A stretch of 64,000 nucleotides of DNA from Thermoproteota archaeon (GCA_030550585.1 JAUQPB010000003.1:68333-132332); one strand, 5' to 3'; numbered from the stretch's first letter, positions 18,545-28,543 are shown. Numbers and translations are program-made. Notes: a model not told the origin generated them from the sequence alone.

Positions 18545-19651
18545 CTATTCGTTGTGTTGCCATGCTATTTTTCCGTTGACTATCGTGTATTTTGCTATGT
18601 GTATAGAGTTCAGTATGGTGTTTGCCATGTCTTTTTGAACCTCGTGTTTGTTTATCTTGAATATTGCTATGTCTGCCTGTTTACCGATTTCTATGGTGCC
18701 TGCATCGATGTTTAGTGCTTGGGCTCCGCCTTTTGTGGAGTAGTGTAGCACATCCTCTGTATGTGGGTAGAGCCCCCATGTCTTTGCTGAGTAGACTGTT
18801 TGCAGTGCTATAATGTCGTACAGTATCGATGTTCCTATTCTTTTCCAGATGTCGTCTATCCCTATACTAATCCACTTTAACCTGAATAGCTGTGGGTGTA
18901 CAGAGCCTAGGATGCCGGCCATAGAGTCTGCATATGGCGCTATAGAGATGCTTGCCTCGCTTTGCACAAGCTCTTCTATCTCCCATGTCGTGGCCCATGA
19001 GAAGTGGGCTAGACATGTCCGCCTTGTTAGAAGCCCTGTTTTGGCTAGGTGCTTGACTATCCACTCACCTTTCTTCCTGTAGTACGCCAGCACATCCGAG
19101 ATTTTCTGCGGCATTATAACCTGTATGTTTATGTTGTTTCTAGAGGCAAAGTCGCTAACGAAGCTCAGAACATCGGTGTTTGTATCCCCAGTTAACTTGA
19201 TGTTTATTGCCGGTATGCACAACCCTCTCCTCAGGTTCTTGGCCATATCAAGCTTTTTCAGATCGTCTTCAGAGCTGATTAGAGGCCCTATGGAAATCCT
19301 CAAACCAATTTCATTTGCTTTATCACAAAGCAGATCAGCATATTGCTCATCGACTATGTGAACTGCTGTAAAGCCGTGTTTGAGTAGCGTGGCCAAAGCC
19401 TCTCTAACCACATCATCGACGCCGCCAACGATATTGTTTGACAATAGGTGGGTGTGGCTACTCACAAAACCTGGCATTGCTATAGAATCTCCACACTCTA
19501 GAATTTCATAGCCGTGAATATCCTTGCATTCGCCCACACAAGAAATGGTATCTCCATCGATGACTATACTGCTGTTCTCAACGATATGGAGAGGCTTAAA
19601 AGACTTCACAACATATCTACATCTCTTCACAACTATGCCCATATCCACCAA
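18545..19651 (-). CDS. Amidohydrolase family protein (MTA/SAH-deaminase-like, divergent)
   Basis: MPGFVSSHTHL, GIDD, TKGGAQAL and GTIEIGKQADI motifs. Confidence 0.8.
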   Translation of the reverse strand: MVDMGIVVKRCRYVVKSFKPLHIVENSSIVIDGDTISCVGECKDIHGYEILECGDSIAMPGFVSSHTHLLSNNIVGGVDDVVREALATLLKHGFTAVHIVDEQYADLLCDKANEIGLRISIGPLISSEDDLKKLDMAKNLRRGLCIPAINIKLTGDTNTDVLSFVSDFASRNNINIQVIMPQKISDVLAYYRKKGEWIVKHLAKTGLLTRRTCLAHFSWATTWEIEELVQSEASISIAPYADSMAGILGSVHPQLFRLKWISIGIDDIWKRIGTSILYDIIALQTVYSAKTWGLYPHTEDVLHYSTKGGAQALNIDAGTIEIGKQADIAIFKINKHEVQKDMANTILNSIHIAKYTIVNGKIAWQHNE

Positions 19652-19712
19652 CTACAACAATTTATAAATCACATACAGCAATCTGTAGAAAAGGTAAAAA
19701 AGGTGCTGATAG

Positions 19713-20255
19713 GTGCTGAGAGCACAGTTCATATCAAAGAAAGAGATTAGAAATATTTTAGAGGAGCTTCAAAAAAGAGCTGAGATAGACCCCCAGTTCA
19801 TAGACTATCTAAAAGAGTTTGAAGACGATGTTAAAAAGGTTGTGGAAGAGAAGTTCGAGATTGTTGTTTTTGGAGCCACACCAGCTCTGTTCAAGACCCA
19901 GAAAACATCGTTCTACATGCCAACGCTTTATGCAATAAACGTAATGTACAATACGAAAAAAGTTGCTATAGTCCCTGCAGTTGTTGTTGACGAAGGTGCT
20001 GTGAACCACCTTAAAAATGGGGCCGACGTTATGATGCCAGGCATCAGAAAAGTTTTGAAGGGATTCACACAAAACTCTATCGTAGGCGTCTTAGAGCCTT
20101 CAGAAAAATATTTCTTGGTTGTTGGCTACGCATTGACAGACTCAACACAGATTGTGCCAGGGGCCAAGGGCAAGGCAATCAAGAATGTGAGCCACATAGA
20201 CGATGATATATGGAGAGCCTCTCTGCAAATAGCAAAGACCTTGTCTAGCAGATGA
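19713..20255 (+). CDS. PUA-domain RNA-binding protein (MCT-1/Tma20-like)
   Basis: PTL, VVVDEGAV..L.NGADVM.PGI and KGKAIKNVSHIDD motifs. Confidence 0.88.
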   Translation: MLRAQFISKKEIRNILEELQKRAEIDPQFIDYLKEFEDDVKKVVEEKFEIVVFGATPALFKTQKTSFYMPTLYAINVMYNTKKVAIVPAVVVDEGAVNHLKNGADVMMPGIRKVLKGFTQNSIVGVLEPSEKYFLVVGYALTDSTQIVPGAKGKAIKNVSHIDDDIWRASLQIAKTLSSR

Positions 20256-20328
20256 CCAACATATTTGGCGTCTATCAGTCTCAGCTTCCCAGCGCCATGC
20301 TGTAGATCTCCTCCAATCTCTATGTAGC

Positions 20329-20862
20329 CTATCTAGCAACTCTAAACTCCTTTTCGAACTCGATGCTGTAGAAGCTTATCCCCGTCAGCTCACCCAATAT
20401 CTCAATACGTACAACATGCTCCGGCTTCCTGAACTCGATTTCAGCTATACCCAAAGCCTCGATTAACTGTCCCAAATACCTTGATAGTTTTGAGCAGGAG
20501 TCTATAGACCAACCCCTCTTTCTACATTTAAAAACAAGCTTGATGGGCTTGGAGACATTGGATAGCAGAAGAAGCTCTAGTACACATTTCGATATGTCCT
20601 CATATGAGGTTTTACATGTGGCATGTATGGGGATGACCCAATAGCATCTAATATTATTTCTAACCAAGGTTTTGACAATCTGAAGAGGGTCATAGTCTTT
20701 CTCAGCATAGACTAGAACAACTCCACCTCTTTCAATGGGTTCACACCTAACGCCAGCAAAGGAGAACGCCAATGCGTTTTCTATATCCTCACATGCTTCG
20801 TGCTCTACATCGATATCTGTTGTTGCAATAGCTTTTAGATCAGCACTCTTGACACCAATCAC
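20329..20862 (-). CDS. Stand-alone THUMP-domain protein
   Basis: WVIPI, CRKRG and PEHVVRIEILG motifs. Confidence 0.7.
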   Translation of the reverse strand: MIGVKSADLKAIATTDIDVEHEACEDIENALAFSFAGVRCEPIERGGVVLVYAEKDYDPLQIVKTLVRNNIRCYWVIPIHATCKTSYEDISKCVLELLLLSNVSKPIKLVFKCRKRGWSIDSCSKLSRYLGQLIEALGIAEIEFRKPEHVVRIEILGELTGISFYSIEFEKEFRVAR

Positions 20863-20976
20863 AGGATGTCATCACGCTCGTGTATCATCATCATAGAATC
20901 TGTGTTGATTAGCCACTATAAAAGTTAATAACCTAAACACTAATAAAAATAGTGTAGTTGAAGCCGGGCTTTGTGC

Positions 20977-21061
20977 GCGGGGGTGCCCGAGCTAGGTCAA
21001 AGGGGGCGGGCTTAAGACCCGCTGGCGTAGGCCTGCGTGGGTTCGAATCCCACCCCCCGCA
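20977..21061 (+). tRNA. tRNA-Leu(UAA), intronless, CCA not encoded
   Basis: GCGGG-CTTAAGA-CCCGC anticodon arm, long variable arm, GTTCGAATC. Confidence 0.97.
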
Positions 21062-21092
21062 CTAAACCCTCTCCAATTTTTGGTGGTGTTAA

Positions 21093-22046
21093 ATGTCGTT
21101 GCATGAGATTTCAGCTAAGCTAAGAGATGGCTATAGGGTTGTTAGAACCGTCTTGATATTGTCACTTGTTGGTATGGTAGCAGAGTTTCTATTTGCTTAC
21201 CTCACTGGCTCTATGATACTCTACACAGATTTTGTTCACTGGGCTATAGACGCGTCGCTCGAGTTCATGACTATGATCGCTCTATACCTTGTTAGCAAAA
21301 CTTTGAAGAGGTTTTCGTGGGGTATTCTATATCTAGAGTCCTTCCTTATCCTATTAACATCTATATCCATAATATCTGTGTATATCATAAGCTTCGTGGA
21401 ATATGTCAACAACATTGTTTTGAATGGTGGCAATACAAAAGTTACGACAGTAAACCCATTTCTATCTCTTGTCACTTTGGCAGGAGGATTCCTAACTTTC
21501 TATGCCTTTCTAATCCTCAGAAAAGAGTATGCAAAGACAAGATTAGAGATCCTCAAGTCTGAGTATATCCATGCCCTAATAGATATCGCAGCATCTGCCA
21601 TAGCATCTATAGGCGTTGTCGTTACAGCATTGACTAGAAGCCCGTCGGTAGAGCTACTAACAATTGTCGCAGGTCTTTTCTTCGCTTTGCACAGCATAGC
21701 CAATGTAATTGAAGACTCTGTAAAGTCTATTATTGGTGTGGAAGGGGATAAGGAGCTTAAATATGATATCATGTCTGAGATATCCGGTTTAGAGAATGTG
21801 AGAATAAAGAACGTCGATGTTAGAAAAATAGGCTCGTTCTACATAGTTACAGTAGATCTTTATGTGGATCCCAGTGCAACGCTGTTAGAGCTCAATAAGC
21901 TCAGAACAAGGATAATAAAGCTTTGCAGAGGTATTAGCGAAATGATATACCATGTCGATGTGGTGTTCCGCCCAGATCCAGAAAAGTACAAAAGCATCAA
22001 AAAAGCTAAATCTAGAAAAGGTAGAAAGAGGGAGCAGATAAGCTAG
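21093..22046 (+). CDS. Cation diffusion facilitator (CDF) transporter
   Basis: DFVHWAID and HALID metal sites, 6 TM helices, C-terminal dimerisation domain. Confidence 0.88.
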   Translation: MSLHEISAKLRDGYRVVRTVLILSLVGMVAEFLFAYLTGSMILYTDFVHWAIDASLEFMTMIALYLVSKTLKRFSWGILYLESFLILLTSISIISVYIISFVEYVNNIVLNGGNTKVTTVNPFLSLVTLAGGFLTFYAFLILRKEYAKTRLEILKSEYIHALIDIAASAIASIGVVVTALTRSPSVELLTIVAGLFFALHSIANVIEDSVKSIIGVEGDKELKYDIMSEISGLENVRIKNVDVRKIGSFYIVTVDLYVDPSATLLELNKLRTRIIKLCRGISEMIYHVDVVFRPDPEKYKSIKKAKSRKGRKREQIS

Positions 22047-22061
22047 TGAAAGTGTAATACT

Positions 22062-22487
22062 ATGGAGCATACAGAGACTAGTGGTAGTAGAAAAACAAAG
22101 TTCGGTGTATATGTACCACCGGAGCTGGTACAAGAGCTAGAGGAATTGATGAGCGCTCTCAGCATAGATAACAGGTCTAAGCTTCTCCAAGAAGCTCTAA
22201 GACTCTTTATCATAGAGAATAGGTGGAACATAGCCAAAGAGGTTGTTGGATCAATCAACGTCTTGTACAATCATGAGATAGGGGATAGCGACAAGGAACT
22301 TACCGAAATCCAGCATAGATTCCTAGACATAATAGTCTCGGCAATGCATGTCCACCTAGACAAGGAGAGGTGCCTGCTCATAATAGCTATAAGAGGCTCT
22401 AGCGAAAGGGTGAAAGAGTTGCTGGGCAGCATACACAGTGTAAAAGGTGTTCTACTAGTTAGACCAGTGCTCATGTCAATGCAATAA
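22062..22487 (+). CDS. nikR: NikR-family ribbon-helix-helix regulator
   Basis: RHH N-terminus (NRSKL), YNHE, IQH and MHVHLD..RC motifs. Confidence 0.8.
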   Translation: MEHTETSGSRKTKFGVYVPPELVQELEELMSALSIDNRSKLLQEALRLFIIENRWNIAKEVVGSINVLYNHEIGDSDKELTEIQHRFLDIIVSAMHVHLDKERCLLIIAIRGSSERVKELLGSIHSVKGVLLVRPVLMSMQ

Positions 22488-23427
22488 CATCTCTATATGC
22501 AAATGTTGATCCATCGCATGCAAATCCGGGGGTGTGAAGCGTGTTAAAGCCTTCTCTACATGTTGCAAAAACAAGTCCACTGTCGTAGGAGACCTCCCTT
22601 ACAATTTTCATATATGAGAACCTAAGCCTTTCATCTAGATATCTATAGCCTTGCACAACAGTTGAAGAAGCCTCGAAATACATGTGTCTAAACTCATCTG
22701 CAGCCCTATCGCCATGTAGCATTCTAACAGCATTCAAAACTTTCTTAAAGTCTATTGGCTTGGCCTTGTATGTAGAGGAGGTTATCTGAACAGCCCCCGC
22801 AGATGCAACAGCATCAACAACATGTTTTATATTCTCATAAGAGTCGTTTACAAACGGTATTATAGGATCTAGTCTAACAGCTACGCTAATGCCATTGGCA
22901 GCTAGAATCCTTATAGCCTCTAACCTTTCGGAGGGTGCCGGAGCCCCGGGCTCTATAATCCTCGCTATTCTATCATCTAACGTTGTTATCGTCATAGCCA
23001 CAGCAACTCTATCCCTATAGCGTTGCAGAATATCGATGTCGCGAACAATAAGACTGCTCTTAGTTGTTATCAGAATCCTCATACCGGCCTCCAAAAGCTT
23101 TTGCAAAGCCCTGCGAGTAAGCCCCAACTCCCTTTCAGGCCAGGTATATGGATCGCTACTGCTTGACAGCTCCACTAGAGCATCTTTTGGCATTCTGCTC
23201 AAATCCTTTTCTAGGAGAGTTAAAAGATCTTTCTTGGGTCTTGGACTAAAATGCCTAGGTATGTAGTTTGCTGCATAGCAGTATAAACAAGCATGGGAAC
23301 ACCCCGTATACGGGTGAAGAACATACTTCAGTGGGCATGTGCACAGTGGCGATATCCAGGGGTCAAAAGGCTTTAACACCTTAAGCGTTGACTGTCTTGG
23401 AAAAATCCTCGGCACATCTAGAGCCAA
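22471..23427 (-). CDS. Radical SAM protein, spore-photoproduct-lyase-like family
   Basis: PYTGCSHACLYCYA, SSSDPY, ITTKS and IEPGAP motifs. Confidence 0.88.
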   Translation of the reverse strand: MALDVPRIFPRQSTLKVLKPFDPWISPLCTCPLKYVLHPYTGCSHACLYCYAANYIPRHFSPRPKKDLLTLLEKDLSRMPKDALVELSSSSDPYTWPERELGLTRRALQKLLEAGMRILITTKSSLIVRDIDILQRYRDRVAVAMTITTLDDRIARIIEPGAPAPSERLEAIRILAANGISVAVRLDPIIPFVNDSYENIKHVVDAVASAGAVQITSSTYKAKPIDFKKVLNAVRMLHGDRAADEFRHMYFEASSTVVQGYRYLDERLRFSYMKIVREVSYDSGLVFATCREGFNTLHTPGFACDGSTFAYRDVIALT

Positions 23428-23526
23428 GGTCTAGCCCACCTAGTCTCTGCAATCTATGGCCTCTCTTCATCTAGTCTATGAATACTTTTATACCTTACCC
23501 ATTATACAGCTACTATGTGATTAATC

Positions 23527-23937
23527 ATGAAGAAAAAGACGCTACTGTTATTAACACTAGCATTTATAGTGGTTCTCACAGCAATAGCCCAGGGCAAAAT
23601 ACATGCAGAGCCAATAGAACAGGTAACAACAACCACTACTACACAAGCTATAACAAACACAACAACCACAAGAAACACAAATGTGACAACAATAACAATT
23701 ACAGAAACAAGTCCGACAACAATATTTGCAACAACCACAATCCCTGTATTCTTTTCCTATACTACCACACGCCTTGCAACAGTGGTCATGGGGCTAGAAC
23801 CACATCTAGCAATATTATTGACAATGATATTCATAATCATAGCGCTTCTAGTTGGCTATGCAATAGGTCTGAAGACACGTAGAGAAACTGCACCACCTCC
23901 AGTACAGCCCAAGCCTGCTAAGAAGGCAAGAATATAA
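23527..23937 (+). CDS. Small Thr-rich surface protein with C-terminal TM
   Basis: Signal peptide, poly-Thr tract, TM segment and basic tail. Confidence 0.75.
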   Translation: MKKKTLLLLTLAFIVVLTAIAQGKIHAEPIEQVTTTTTTQAITNTTTTRNTNVTTITITETSPTTIFATTTIPVFFSYTTTRLATVVMGLEPHLAILLTMIFIIIALLVGYAIGLKTRRETAPPPVQPKPAKKARI

Positions 23938-24063
23938 AGTTTTTGCGACCATCTTACACCGTCTGTATATAGATTGTGGTGTAGAAAGGGTGTTTCTAGG
24001 CTTGACAGAAATGTGAACCAAGAAACATTACACATATTTTGTATTATAAACCCAAAAACGCTG

Positions 24064-24687
24064 TTAGACCTGCCCGCGGTTGCGGAGATATTGTAGTAGC
24101 TCTTGTGGTGTTGGCTCTCTACCATATTCATTCTTAAAGTCTTGTATGGCAGATTCTATGTGCTGCCATGCCCTCTTTCCAGCAAGGCAAAAGTCTGGTA
24201 TGAATGGTTTTGGTGGGTTTGGCGGAGACCAAGATGCTATGATGTCTTTCTGAATGTCTTCTACAGCAAATGGATAGGATAAACATGAATATGGTTTGCT
24301 CCTGTGTATAGTGCATTTCCAGCCATTCTGAAAAGGGCAAGGCCTTGGAATATAATGTTTGTTATTTGATTTCACCAACTTGCTTATGTCTACACCACTT
24401 TCAATTAATTCGCTTATATCAAAGTCCATTAGTTCTATTGCCGACCCCATTTTACAGCACATACCGCCACATTTTCTGCATTCCTCCCCCAAATCTAGAA
24501 GCACATTCATAGCAATTTGATAAACTATTAGATATGCTATTGCAGTAGCCTCCTTTATCTCCAAGCCAGATAGAAACTCTATTACAATCTCAGCTGCCTT
24601 CATATCACCCTTCAAGGCCTTTTTTGTAATGAAATGTATTTGATTTGCGTCAAAGCCTATCTGCATTGTCATCACGAATGTAGGCAC
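24064..24687 (-). CDS. YkgJ (CxxCxxCC) cysteine-cluster protein
   Basis: CRKCGGMCC, CPF, CTIH..KP..C..YPF motifs. Confidence 0.85.
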   Translation of the reverse strand: MPTFVMTMQIGFDANQIHFITKKALKGDMKAAEIVIEFLSGLEIKEATAIAYLIVYQIAMNVLLDLGEECRKCGGMCCKMGSAIELMDFDISELIESGVDISKLVKSNNKHYIPRPCPFQNGWKCTIHRSKPYSCLSYPFAVEDIQKDIIASWSPPNPPKPFIPDFCLAGKRAWQHIESAIQDFKNEYGREPTPQELLQYLRNRGQV

Positions 24688-25259
24688 TCGTCTATAGCCT
24701 GCGCCACCTGCTTATCCATGTCTAAAAGGGTTGCTAGAACACTTGATGCCATAGCCGCTGAAAACGGGCCTATAAGCTCTTTGCTCCATCTAATCTTTGT
24801 TGAAAGAGAGAGAAACACTATAACAAGTTTTATGGCTATGGAGTTAACATTGCTAAGCAGATTTGACAGCCCAGCCAAGATCCTCTCGTCACCGCCAATA
24901 TATTCAAAGTGGTCTCTCAGCATATTCAACTTGTTCCTCAATTCAACAAGTCTATTGAGAATGTTTGTTGCTGTGTGGACCAGCGATTCTTTATTGCTAT
25001 CATCAACAGCTATTCTATGAACGTTTTTCGTGAATGAGTCTAGGGATGTGCGGATGTTTAACGCTATATTTCTTATTGTTTTCAGCTCTTGGGCCATCCG
25101 ATCATCTTCTGGTCTAGGCGATTTAATTGTGTAGACCATTCTCGTAATCGCATCAATGATTCTAGAAACATCGTCTAGTGTAACACAACATAAGCCCTGT
25201 TTTAAGCATAGAACATCAGATTGAGCATATGGGCTCTTCATCCCATTCACACAAGTCAT
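24672..25259 (-). CDS. Hypothetical helical protein
   Basis: 195-aa ORF overlapping the YkgJ start. Confidence 0.65.
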   Translation of the reverse strand: MTCVNGMKSPYAQSDVLCLKQGLCCVTLDDVSRIIDAITRMVYTIKSPRPEDDRMAQELKTIRNIALNIRTSLDSFTKNVHRIAVDDSNKESLVHTATNILNRLVELRNKLNMLRDHFEYIGGDERILAGLSNLLSNVNSIAIKLVIVFLSLSTKIRWSKELIGPFSAAMASSVLATLLDMDKQVAQAIDECLHS

Positions 25260-25343
25260 TGGCTGCCCACGTCATCATCGAATAACAGTAGTGTTTCGAA
25301 ACTTTATTTGCTTTTAAGTCGATATGGTAGATGTGTGAGGTCT

Positions 25344-26909
25344 ATGCATATAATTACCGCTTTATTTATGTCTATTTTGATGTTAATGTCACCTATTTCT
25401 CTACACCTTAACACTAATGATGAGAGTGAAACAAGGTGCGTATACGTGTATTTTCTTGCAATTTCTGAGCAGACAAACAGTGGAGAGGCCATACCTGTAA
25501 AGATATGTTTAACGCCCTCAACACTGTTTAGCATATCCATAGCTGGTACAGAATACGATGACAGTTTGTTCAATTCATTTATTGTTGCAGGCTATGTGCT
25601 CAATAAACTCTGTGGGGCTAGTCTAGGCAGGGTTGAGGTGCATATGCAGAATGTTGCAAAAGCTAAAGGCTCTAGCGCTTCTCTTGCATTTGCAATAGCT
25701 ATCCACAGCATTCTTAAAAACTATGCAAACACATCTGTAGGTGCAACTGGGGTTGTATCAATAGACGGCTTTATAGATGCTGTGGCAGGCTTAGACAAGA
25801 AAATAGGTGCTGCAATTAGTGCTGGGGTAGAGAGAGTTTATGTACCTTTGATAAACGGTGTCAATGCCAATGATACTATAGTGCCAATCGCATCAATTCT
25901 TGATGTATGTAATATTAGTGCCAGCAACACCACACCTTATGTCAATGAGAAGCTTCTTAACATTGTGAACAGCTATTTCAAGAACGTTACAAGCTATTTC
26001 ATTAACGAATCTATTAGAATTGCTAACAACCTCGACGACACATCCGTATACAGATATGTGAAAACCATGGAAAACAATACGTTGAAAGCCATTGGTAAAG
26101 GTCATTGGTATACTGCTGCAAGTGTTGCATACTCAACTTTTATAACAGTATTAGAAAAGTATTTAGCTAGAGAAAAAGAAGAGACTCTAAATAGATTTAT
26201 CTCGCTTTGTGAAAACGGTTTGTATAACATCACCAAGATGTTAAATGAAGTGAAGAGTGTCAGAGCTGAAGCCATTCCATTTCTTATAATGACAATTGAT
26301 AGAGCTGCTCTAGCCAAGTACTATCTCGATACAGCTAATAAGAGCCCACACCCGAACCCGACTGCCATTGCAAATGCCTATGGGAGGGTGGTAACAGCGT
26401 TGCAGTGGCTAATCTTAGCAAAACTAGTTAACTCATCATCGTCTGGAAGGATCTATAGTTTTAGAAGCGTTGAGAATGCATTGACAAGGGTTCTAAATAT
26501 CGTTAGCAGTATTGTGGAATTCGATGGGAATTACACTATTCTGTCACTTGATGGTATAGCGAACATGAGGTCATTTCAATACACTAGACTTTCAAATGCA
26601 TCGAAACAGCATGTCAAAAACTCTTTAAATAATTTGCTTAAGGTATATATGGGTATCCTTGGCGAAAATCTTAGCATTGTGCCATACCTATATTACCAGT
26701 ATTCCACGGATATAGATGATATTAGCAGCGTGTATCTGTTGTCGATTGCTACGCTAACTGCAGGTGTTACAAGCATGGTTTTAGATGTGGCAAGCAACAC
26801 ATCTGGTACACTTTCAGGGAGCCTTCTCGACATAGTTCTCTATGAAAGCATATTCCTGTTTATTGTATTGGCTATAATCATTAGAGAGCTATTTAAGGTA
26901 ATCGAGTAG
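25344..26909 (+). CDS. Exported S16 (Lon C-terminal-like) serine protease domain protein with C-terminal TM
   Basis: GSSAS (Ser), ATGVVSIDGFIDAVAGLDKKIGAA (Lys of the dyad); no AAA domain. Start moved to MHIITALF. Confidence 0.75.
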   Translation: MHIITALFMSILMLMSPISLHLNTNDESETRCVYVYFLAISEQTNSGEAIPVKICLTPSTLFSISIAGTEYDDSLFNSFIVAGYVLNKLCGASLGRVEVHMQNVAKAKGSSASLAFAIAIHSILKNYANTSVGATGVVSIDGFIDAVAGLDKKIGAAISAGVERVYVPLINGVNANDTIVPIASILDVCNISASNTTPYVNEKLLNIVNSYFKNVTSYFINESIRIANNLDDTSVYRYVKTMENNTLKAIGKGHWYTAASVAYSTFITVLEKYLAREKEETLNRFISLCENGLYNITKMLNEVKSVRAEAIPFLIMTIDRAALAKYYLDTANKSPHPNPTAIANAYGRVVTALQWLILAKLVNSSSSGRIYSFRSVENALTRVLNIVSSIVEFDGNYTILSLDGIANMRSFQYTRLSNASKQHVKNSLNNLLKVYMGILGENLSIVPYLYYQYSTDIDDISSVYLLSIATLTAGVTSMVLDVASNTSGTLSGSLLDIVLYESIFLFIVLAIIIRELFKVIE

Positions 26910-27563
26910 GGTCTTCGACTTTGATTTCTCCTTTCTAATCTCCTCTGCACCACTAACAATCTCATCAATGACACTTTTTATGAGTTTCATATCATTTTCG
27001 AATATAGATCTCAATTGCGGGTTGTACAATGCTGCAGCAGGATGTATAGTGGGTATCGCATGTAGTTGCATACCCAGAATCTGTAGCGTGTACTTCTTAC
27101 CCCTCATCTTCATTACCCCACCCCATTCACGATTAGCCATAGAAAAAATTGTTTTTCCGGCCACATTACCCAATGTGACAATTATCCTTGGTTTCAATAG
27201 TAGTATCTGAGATTTTAGAAATATGTTACAAGCATTTATTTCCTCGTCTTTAGGCTCTCTATTCCCAGGGGGCCTGCATTTAACAACATTAGTTATGTAC
27301 ACATCTTCTCTTCTCATACCATAGCTCTCCATAACCATAGTCAAAAGCTTTCCCGCTGCTCCAACAAATGGTCTCCCCATCTCATCTTCTGTTGCGCCAG
27401 GAGCCTCACCAACAAACATTATGCTAGAATTCTTGTTTCCCTCTCCTGGAACTGGATTGCGTCTACTCTTGTACAGGGGACATCTGGTACATCTTCTAAT
27501 TTCATCCTCCAGCAATTCCCAAGTTGAATACAGTTGGTCACTATCCGTTGTTAGCACCCCCAA
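26889..27563 (-). CDS. udg: Family 4 uracil-DNA glycosylase
   Basis: CxxCxL, GEAPG, RPFVG.AG, NVVKCRPP.NR and HPAA motifs. Confidence 0.95.
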   Translation of the reverse strand: MGVLTTDSDQLYSTWELLEDEIRRCTRCPLYKSRRNPVPGEGNKNSSIMFVGEAPGATEDEMGRPFVGAAGKLLTMVMESYGMRREDVYITNVVKCRPPGNREPKDEEINACNIFLKSQILLLKPRIIVTLGNVAGKTIFSMANREWGGVMKMRGKKYTLQILGMQLHAIPTIHPAAALYNPQLRSIFENDMKLIKSVIDEIVSGAEEIRKEKSKSKTLLDYLK

Positions 27564-27678
27564 ACACTTAATTATGTATGCTTAGCAACAGCTTATTATC
27601 TCTCCCACCTCATATCTAATTAAAGCTAATAAAGCTTTACAATGATAGATCATGTATTCAGATAATGGTGATAATGGT

Positions 27679-27882
27679 ATGGGGCTGAAGCACAAAAAGT
27701 ATGTATATGTAGAGAGAAGCGATGGAGCCTATGTGAAGGTGAGGGTTTTAAAGAGTAGACAGGAAGATGAAACAAAATATATTGTTGTTGGCCCCAAGGT
27801 TAATAAACCGCCAAGCAATGCAACCATTATTAGTGAGAGCCAGCTACCAGACGCTGTAAAAACAAAACTGTATGAGGTTTAG
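27679..27882 (+). CDS. Small conserved crenarchaeal protein (DUF5622-like)
   Basis: MGLKHKKYVYVE...YVKVRVLK pattern. Confidence 0.7.
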   Translation: MGLKHKKYVYVERSDGAYVKVRVLKSRQEDETKYIVVGPKVNKPPSNATIISESQLPDAVKTKLYEV

Positions 27883-27892
27883 ATAGTAAAGC

Positions 27893-27945
27893 TGATGATG
27901 AGGTCGACGTTGTCGGAATAGTGACGAGGGGTCGATAAACTGAAG
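27893..27945 (+). ncRNA. C/D-box guide sRNA
   Basis: C ATGATGA 27895, 12-nt guide, D' CGGA 27914, C' GTGACGA 27921, 12-nt guide GGGGTCGATAAA, D CTGA 27940; intergenic. Confidence 0.85.
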
Positions 27946-27967
27946 TTGTTTTGAGAACTTGTAATAG

Positions 27968-28543
27968 CTACAACAAAAACAACTTTCTTCGGCAAGTGCA
28001 GTAATTAGGTAAATCTGCTAAACCTACCATTCCAGATTCTGTGAGCTGTCTTGCCTTGGGATTCGAAAACCCGTTGACATATATCCACACAGTTCTGCTA
28101 TGGTCATTCTCATCAATTATATGTTTGACGAATACTGGGCTCCAGCCCCTTATGGGAAAATCGAGTGTTGCTATAATGGTACAAGTGTCTAACTCATTTT
28201 CTAGTTTATTTGAAAGTGCTTCCAAGGTCGATGGATATAGATATGCATATACTATTGTTGGCTTCGGCTTTATGTTTGCCAGATCCACAGAGAAAAAGTC
28301 TTTGCATATAACATCAATTTTGTTCTCCATTCCATGCACCCTAAATGCTAGTTGCGCCACGTTACACAGAATCCTGTTGATCTCAATACATATTGTGTGG
28401 GCACCTGCCTTGGCAAACTCTAGAAGTACTCTTCCATCTCCGCAGCCAAGATCTAAGACAACGTCGCTGCTATTTACACCTAGCCCATACTTCAAATACT
28501 CTATTGGGGTTTTGGGAGATGGAATCCATGGAACTGTAGACAT
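27968..28543 (-). CDS. Class I SAM methyltransferase, aKMT/FAM173-like paralogue
   Basis: VPWIPSP, LDLGCGDGR, VYAYL and LDFPIRGW motifs. Confidence 0.8.
   Translation of the reverse strand: MSTVPWIPSPKTPIEYLKYGLGVNSSDVVLDLGCGDGRVLLEFAKAGAHTICIEINRILCNVAQLAFRVHGMENKIDVICKDFFSVDLANIKPKPTIVYAYLYPSTLEALSNKLENELDTCTIIATLDFPIRGWSPVFVKHIIDENDHSRTVWIYVNGFSNPKARQLTESGMVGLADLPNYCTCRRKLFLL

Noticed and set aside
17933-18638. Short ORFs around tRNA-Arg
   Set aside because: They overlap the tRNA or each other and have no recognisable domain.
20838-20896. Possible minus-strand C/D sRNA over the THUMP start (ATGATGA...GTGA...GTGATTG...CTGA, 55 nt)
   Set aside because: The internal boxes are ambiguous and half of it is coding sequence. 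Worth a snoscan run but not supportable by eye.
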